In this document: piece by piece, positions 63,168 through 64,000 of the stretch
Numbering within the stretch: the first letter of the stretch is position 1
How the letters are laid out: every line of letters starts with the position of its first letter
Assembly: GCA_946410595.1 (NCBI GenBank)
Contig: CAMKAU010000002.1
Coordinates: 1,158-65,157, forward strand
Direction of reading: 5' to 3'
DNA length: 64,000 nt
Source: an uncultured Clostridia bacterium
GTDB taxonomy: Bacteria > Bacillota > Clostridia > Oscillospirales > CAG-272
Program-made: the position numbers and the translations under genes
The notes under the pieces: model-generated
What the model saw: only the letters and a program-made list of their open reading frames with translations
Told to the model about the DNA's origin: nothing
The model's database searches: none

Positions 63168-64000
63168 TCAGACTTTTACTTTTTGCGTGAGCTTGGTCGC
63201 TTCCCGATACTTTTTGAAGAATAGCACATAGACCGTCAGTCCGAGCAGCGCGAACGCCGCGATAAGACTGACGACGTTCACGACCGTTCCCGCGCCGCTT
63301 GCGAGGTTGCCGGTGAGGAGGTTGCCGAACTGGTTGATCATCAGGGCGACCGCATACGCAAAGCCGCACTCATACCCGATCGCAAACCACGTCCAGCCCG
63401 CGTTGTTCATCTCGCGCCTGATCGCGCCGATCGCCGCAAAGCAGGGGGCGCAAAGCAGGTTGAACACGAGGAAGGAAAAGCCCGCGATCTGCGGCACGTC
63501 GAACGCCGCCCGGATTCCCGTCCAGTCGCCGTAGAGGATCCCCATCGTGCCGACGATGTTCTCCTTGGCGACAAGACCGGTAACGGAAGCCACGGCGGCT
63601 TTCCAGCTGCCCCAGCCGAGCGGAGCGAAGAGCCAGGCAACGCCCTTGCCGATATACGCGAGGATCGAGTTCTCCATTTCTTCCTCGGCGAGCATACGGA
63701 ACGCCCCGTCGACCCATCCGAAGAAGGAGGTGAACCAGACGACGACGGTGGAGAGGAGAATGATCGTGCCGGCTTTTTTAATGAACGACCAGCCGCGCTC
63801 CCAGGTAGAGCGGAGAACGTTGCCGGGCGTGGGCAGATGGTAGGCGGGGAGCTCCATCACGAAGGGAGCGGGCTCGCCGGTAAACCGCTTTGTTTTCTTG
63901 AGCATGATCCCGGAAACGATGATCGCCGCCATCCCGATAAAGTACGCCGAGACCGCGACCCACGCGGAACCGCCGAACAGGGCGCCGGCGACCATGCCGA
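63168..64000 (-). CDS. feoB: Ferrous iron transporter FeoB, C-terminal membrane part (5' end outside window)
   Basis: Open to the window edge, with FVMELPAYHLP, GTIILLSTVVVW, LVAKENIVGTMGILYG and CAPCFAAIGAIRREM. Confidence 0.9.
   Translation of the reverse strand, partial: GMVAGALFGGSAWVAVSAYFIGMAAIIVSGIMLKKTKRFTGEPAPFVMELPAYHLPTPGNVLRSTWERGWSFIKKAGTIILLSTVVVWFTSFFGWVDGAFRMLAEEEMENSILAYIGKGVAWLFAPLGWGSWKAAVASVTGLVAKENIVGTMGILYGDWTGIRAAFDVPQIAGFSFLVFNLLCAPCFAAIGAIRREMNNAGWTWFAIGYECGFAYAVALMINQFGNLLTGNLASGAGTVVNVVSLIAAFALLGLTVYVLFFKKYREATKLTQKVKV

Overview
High-GC Firmicutes/Clostridia-type chromosomal segment; this placement is an inference from gene content (AddAB, V-type ATPase, sortase B, ECF FolT, Rrf2, barnase/barstar). 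Hand-counted 60-nt lines give about 60-67% GC. I support about 55 protein genes, one tRNA-Pro(UGG), one THF riboswitch, and several sigma-A-like promoters and intrinsic terminators. I see no rRNA, CRISPR array, transposase or integrase. Most of the window is housekeeping: type IIA topoisomerase B subunit, queG-addB-addA, a nine-gene V-type ATPase operon, folT-folC, htpG, phosphoglucomutase, dxs, tcdA, pnp-rpsO, ftsK, mltG, cca, RNA methyltransferases and the feoB end. The clearly accessory stretch is about 38.1-45.7 kb. It holds a membrane protein, a DUF937 protein, a secreted barnase with barstar, and then a self-contained three-gene cassette (40794-45464) with its own promoter and terminator. 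The cassette encodes a YdjI-type SPFH/SHOCT protein, an unknown 4-TM protein, and an 885-aa Zn-ribbon/TIR/TM/DUF6273 protein. It is bracketed by about 155-bp direct repeats (40588-40742 and 45466-45622). The last 1.1 kb of the TIR gene drops abruptly to about 30-40% GC. This cassette is my best candidate for an undescribed system: a membrane-linked TIR immune or stress module. Other points worth a second look are two probable leaderless mRNAs, a bacterial J-protein with a cysteine string, Na+-site residues in the V-ATPase c subunit, an E2-like acyltransferase lacking the catalytic His, and a convergent array of GAAATC-anchored mini-hairpins after the tRNA. All family names come from recognising motifs by eye. 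No database search was run.
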